NCBI GenBank assembly: GCA_963662405.2
Contig: CAXXKT010000003.1
Coordinates: 32,001-96,000 of the forward strand
Origin: Syntrophales bacterium
GTDB taxonomy: Bacteria > Desulfobacterota > Syntrophia > Syntrophales > UBA2210
DNA length: 64,000 nucleotides
Direction of reading: 5' to 3'
Shown here: positions 60,596 to 64,000 of the stretch, piece after piece
How the letters are laid out: each line of letters starts with the position of its first letter
Position numbering within the stretch: the first letter of the stretch is position 1
The notes under the pieces: model-generated
Databases searched by the model: none
What the model saw: only the letters and a program-made list of their open reading frames with translations
What the model was told of the DNA's origin: nothing
Position numbers and translations under genes: made by a program

Positions 60596-61414
60596 TCACG
60601 GCTTGACCTCAAAGGTCAGCGTTGCCTGGTAGCTGTACTGGTCCGCCATCTGGAGATCGGGATAGGGGAGCTTGTGGTTGACGAATATCATCCATATTCC
60701 CGGCTGGAGGAGCCTGATCTTGGCAACCCCGTTGTGGTATGCGGAGGCCCAGGCGGTGTAGGCGAATACGTCCGTCTCATTGCTAAACCCCATGTACGTG
60801 GCATATACCATCACCGATTCATCGAGGGGTTTCCCGTTGTGGAGTACCTGCAGCGGGAGTATGTCGTTGGTCCGCAGTGCACCGGGATCCTTCAGGGGCA
60901 CGATCTCAAGGCCGTGGCCGAGCACTGTGGAAAACCCCTTTCCTCTCGCCGTTCCGTCAACATTGACGACGGCCTTACAGAAATTTTGCGAATATCTGAT
61001 GCTTCCCTTGATCGTTTCGCCCTTCAACTCTTTCTTCGATTTGAATTGATACCCCTTGTCGGTAAAACCCCCGAAGTTCCCTTTACTCTCCATGACGACA
61101 AGGTAAGTCCCTCCCGCGAGGTCTTCTTTCGATTCAAACTGAACCTGGGAATATTCCCCCTTGCCCAAGACACGAGGGCCTGTTTTCCCCTCTCCTCCAT
61201 CGGGCCCCAGGGTATACAGTCTTGCCATCTTATCGTTGGCAAAAAAACTGTGTCCCATGGGGTAGTTGTGCCCGTAGGCGATGTGGAACCTGATCGATTC
61301 ACTTGCCTTGGGGGTGTACTTGTTCGCATTGATCCACGGATGGCACGCATGGGCGGCGGTGGACAATAAAAAGACCACGCCGACGGCAGCCATCCCCCAT
61401 GTCAGTTTCTTCAT
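60596..61414 (-). CDS. DUF4198-family periplasmic protein
   Basis: Signal peptide then CHPWI, YGHNYP, GLEIVPL, VLHNGKPL, PGIW, ATLTFEV. Confidence 0.82.
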   Translation of the reverse strand: MKKLTWGMAAVGVVFLLSTAAHACHPWINANKYTPKASESIRFHIAYGHNYPMGHSFFANDKMARLYTLGPDGGEGKTGPRVLGKGEYSQVQFESKEDLAGGTYLVVMESKGNFGGFTDKGYQFKSKKELKGETIKGSIRYSQNFCKAVVNVDGTARGKGFSTVLGHGLEIVPLKDPGALRTNDILPLQVLHNGKPLDESVMVYATYMGFSNETDVFAYTAWASAYHNGVAKIRLLQPGIWMIFVNHKLPYPDLQMADQYSYQATLTFEVKP

Positions 61415-61436
61415 ACTCGTTCTCCTCTCTATTGTT

Positions 61437-62696
61437 TTAATGGAACACCCTTGTGATTTTTTGTGCCGTTCTTTGCTTCTCCCCGGTCCGCTCCTCGATC
61501 TGAGCCAGCGCCCTCCGGGCCGCATCCCGCTGCCCAGTGAAACGGGATGCTTGGGTCAATGCCTCCTTCGCTTCGCGCCACCGGTGCAGTTTCAGCGCAC
61601 AGTACCCCAGGTACAGTGCCGCACTTCCGTTTTCCGGCATTAGGTGGAGACAGTGCTGAAAGGCGTCGTAAGCATTCCGGTATTCTTCGCGGTTATACTC
61701 AACGCTCCCCAGCAGGTGCCACAGGTGGGCGGAGGATTGCTTCTCGATCGCCCGGATCAATACTTCCGCGGCTTTGTCCGATCGATGTGCGGCGAGGTAG
61801 GTCGATACAACCCGCTCATAATCGTCAAAGGAGGAATCCCACTGCAGTATCCGTTCGTACTGAACCGCCGCTTTCAAGGGGACACCGCCAAGCCGGTACA
61901 GGTTGCCCAGTCTGAGCACGTCCTCACGCCCCGCCTCCGTCAGATTAAGATACAACTCGTATGCGGCGGCCGCCTTGTCATAGACCCGATCCTCGATGTA
62001 GAGCTGTGTCATCCGTTTCAACCAGCGCGGGTGGTCTCCGCCCCGCGCAAGAAGCTGTCTGAGTACCGTCATTGCATCTTCGTGTTTTCCCAGTTTTCCA
62101 TACACGTCGAGAAGGGCTTCGCACCAATCGGTTCGTATCTCTTTCACATCGGTAGAGCAGATCCGTTCGAGACAGGAGAGTGCCTCTTCGGGCCTGCCGT
62201 CTCTGATACGGCAGACGGCGGTCTGATAGAGCAGATCCGGTTTTTCCTCCGCCGTCAGGATATATGCCTTGTGAAACGAGTCTCCGGCCTTTCCGAATTG
62301 TTTCAGGTCGTAGGCAACCTTTCCCCTGTTGAGCCAGAGGTCGGCATCGGCGTCGTACCGGGCAATCGCCTCCTCGTAATAGGACAGGGCTTCATTCCTC
62401 CGACCGGCCAGGGCCGAGGCGTTACCCAGGGTAAAGAAGATCAGATAATGGGTCTTATCCCGCTTCCCGGATAGAAAATGCAGCAGCATCTCCTGGACCT
62501 CGGTGTATTTTTGGGCCGTCATGGCCTGACGTGCCTGGGTCAGGATCCATTGTTCCGAAGGGGTCGGGGACGAACCCGCGAACGATATGACCGGTGAAGG
62601 CATCAGTATCGCTGACAGGCAGATCACCAGAGCCGCCGCGAAGGGTTTTGCCATGCCACACCATGCATATCGGGAGAAGGGGCGCTGACGGTTCAT
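61437..62696 (-). CDS. Tetratricopeptide-repeat protein (TonB-system associated)
   Basis: Signal peptide and repeated TPR-like helical motifs (LWLNRG, LWHLLG, LYLG). Confidence 0.85.
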   Translation of the reverse strand: MNRQRPFSRYAWCGMAKPFAAALVICLSAILMPSPVISFAGSSPTPSEQWILTQARQAMTAQKYTEVQEMLLHFLSGKRDKTHYLIFFTLGNASALAGRRNEALSYYEEAIARYDADADLWLNRGKVAYDLKQFGKAGDSFHKAYILTAEEKPDLLYQTAVCRIRDGRPEEALSCLERICSTDVKEIRTDWCEALLDVYGKLGKHEDAMTVLRQLLARGGDHPRWLKRMTQLYIEDRVYDKAAAAYELYLNLTEAGREDVLRLGNLYRLGGVPLKAAVQYERILQWDSSFDDYERVVSTYLAAHRSDKAAEVLIRAIEKQSSAHLWHLLGSVEYNREEYRNAYDAFQHCLHLMPENGSAALYLGYCALKLHRWREAKEALTQASRFTGQRDAARRALAQIEERTGEKQRTAQKITRVFH

Positions 62697-63406
62697 CCGG
62701 CATCCTCCAGACGAAAAACGATACTGGTCGTTACCCGTGTGGTGACGGGCCGTCCGCGCAGAAGGCCCGGCTCGAAACGCCAGGTGGTGAGTGCCTCAAG
62801 GACATTCCTGTCGAACACGCCAGGTGGATCTGCTCCCATAATCTTTATGTTCCGAACCGCCCCGTTGGTATCCACCAGAAATGTGACATTGACCTCTCCG
62901 GAGATGTTGAGCCGCCTGGCGCGGTATGGGTATGCCGGCGGTGTTTTGGCGATAGTCACAGGGACATGATCCACCTCGGTTTCGTTGTAGACTGCCCTCT
63001 CGCGGACCGTGACATTGTTCGGTCGGTCGCTGTCTGGGAACGGGAGACTCGGACTGGCGATGGGACGAGGGGTGATGTCGATATGAACCGTTTCGACGGG
63101 GAGATGCGGGAGCGTCGCCCCCTTGCTACGCAACGGTATCACCAGATCTTCAGGGACGGTCATTTCTTGTCTTTCCGGGGGCCGAACCACATCGCGGGGC
63201 TTTTCAGGTGTCGGGAGAGGGGATTCCTCGGGGAAAGAGATCGTATCAATGAATCGGAAACCTTCTGCCACGTCATTCCCGAGAGGTGTCGGTGTCTTCT
63301 GCGCCATCATAAAATAGGGCAGCACAATAAAAAGCAGTGCATTAATCAGTAAGGCGATACCCGAAATCGAAAGGTTCTGTCGGTATGATCGTTCCATCGT
63401 GATCAT
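62693..63406 (-). CDS. tonB: Energy transducer TonB
   Basis: N-terminal TM, Pro-rich linker, PAYPYRARR, FLVDTNG, VFD, WRFEP. Confidence 0.92.
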   Translation of the reverse strand: MITMERSYRQNLSISGIALLINALLFIVLPYFMMAQKTPTPLGNDVAEGFRFIDTISFPEESPLPTPEKPRDVVRPPERQEMTVPEDLVIPLRSKGATLPHLPVETVHIDITPRPIASPSLPFPDSDRPNNVTVRERAVYNETEVDHVPVTIAKTPPAYPYRARRLNISGEVNVTFLVDTNGAVRNIKIMGADPPGVFDRNVLEALTTWRFEPGLLRGRPVTTRVTTSIVFRLEDAG

Positions 63407-63822
63407 CGGCCCTCCGGCCGCTTAGCGGCGATACTGACATCGGAGGAGCCGGCCAAGCGACACTGATCCATAACATCAATAACCACACCGGTGTGACTGT
63501 CACGATCAGCAATAATGACGGTTTCTCCCTCTGGGTTTTCGGCCAGTTCCTTTTCGACATAGGCGCGTACCATGCGGATATCGATCTGTTTCTTGTTCAT
63601 GAAGATCTGTCTGTTGTCGTCGATGGCAATGAAAATCGCTCCTTTCTCCCTGATCTCCGCCGTTTCTGCCATCGGTCGTTGCACATCAACGCCGGCCTCC
63701 CGGACAAAACTGGTCGTGACCATGAAAAAGATCAGGAGGAGAAAAACCAGGTCGATCAACGGCGCCATGTTGATCTCGTCACTGTACTGGGCGCTTTTGA
63801 GGGATTTGCGTGTACGAATCAT
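63403..63822 (-). CDS. exbD: Biopolymer transport protein ExbD
   Basis: INMAPLIDLVFLLLIFFMVTTSF, IIADR, VMDQCRLAG; ATG overlaps the exbB stop (TGATG). Confidence 0.95.
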   Translation of the reverse strand: MIRTRKSLKSAQYSDEINMAPLIDLVFLLLIFFMVTTSFVREAGVDVQRPMAETAEIREKGAIFIAIDDNRQIFMNKKQIDIRMVRAYVEKELAENPEGETVIIADRDSHTGVVIDVMDQCRLAGSSDVSIAAKRPEGR

Positions 63823-64000
63823 CAGAGGCACCTCTGCACGGCCAGAATGGTTTCATCCAGGCGGTTGTCCAGTTTACTGGCATGTTGCTGTATCAGGCGG
63901 GCCATAAAAAGACCCGGGATGCCGACCAAAAGCCCGCTCTGTGTGGTTATCAGTGCTTCGGAGATACCCGCCGCCAGTGCTTTTGCATTGGCTGTCCCGA
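63822..64000 (-). CDS. exbB: ExbB/MotA-family protein, C-terminal part (5' end outside the window)
   Basis: Manual translation GTANAKALAAGISEALITTQSGLLVGIPGLF...AVQRCL*. Confidence 0.88.
   Translation of the reverse strand, partial: GTANAKALAAGISEALITTQSGLLVGIPGLFMARLIQQHASKLDNRLDETILAVQRCL

Overview
Bacterial window, most likely from an anaerobic Desulfobacterota (Deltaproteobacteria/Syntrophales-like) genome; the taxonomy is inferred from gene families only. Almost all genes are on the minus strand. (1) 1-16.4 kb: a lytic transglycosylase gene, then a co-directional glutamine-centred block (GAF-sigma54 activator, glnA with a clear -24/-12 promoter, class I amidotransferase, three-part glutamate synthase, pyrG, an unusually long ~1250-aa GlmS, hisH, hisF). 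Five single-base frameshifts in short runs here look like long-read assembly errors. (2) 16.4-25 kb: a mixed region with an amber-interrupted lipoprotein gene, an FMN-binding protein, tsaA, a two-subunit CoA transferase, a decayed and internally deleted copy of the activator-glnA region, an RcnA/DUF1007 metal-transporter pair and an MCP. (3) 25-64 kb: a ~39-kb one-strand accessory island. It holds ExbB/ExbD/TonB/TPR/DUF4198, an hmuRTUVS-like module (TonB receptor, DUF2162, MotA-like, DUF2149, exported membrane-anchored CobN-like chelatase with no ATPase subunits), PepSY, NifX-like, beta-barrel and orphan binding proteins, a transglutaminase-like protein, four SAM methyltransferases, an MFS transporter, two MarR regulators with visible operators, two MMPL + LolA-like + beta-barrel triads and a fused CoA-dehydratase activase. 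The best candidate for an undescribed system is this island, interpreted as metal-tetrapyrrole/chelate import, periplasmic demetallation, and modification/export of the ligand. No rRNA, tRNA, CRISPR array or transposase was recognised. All family calls come from motif recognition by eye, not database searches.
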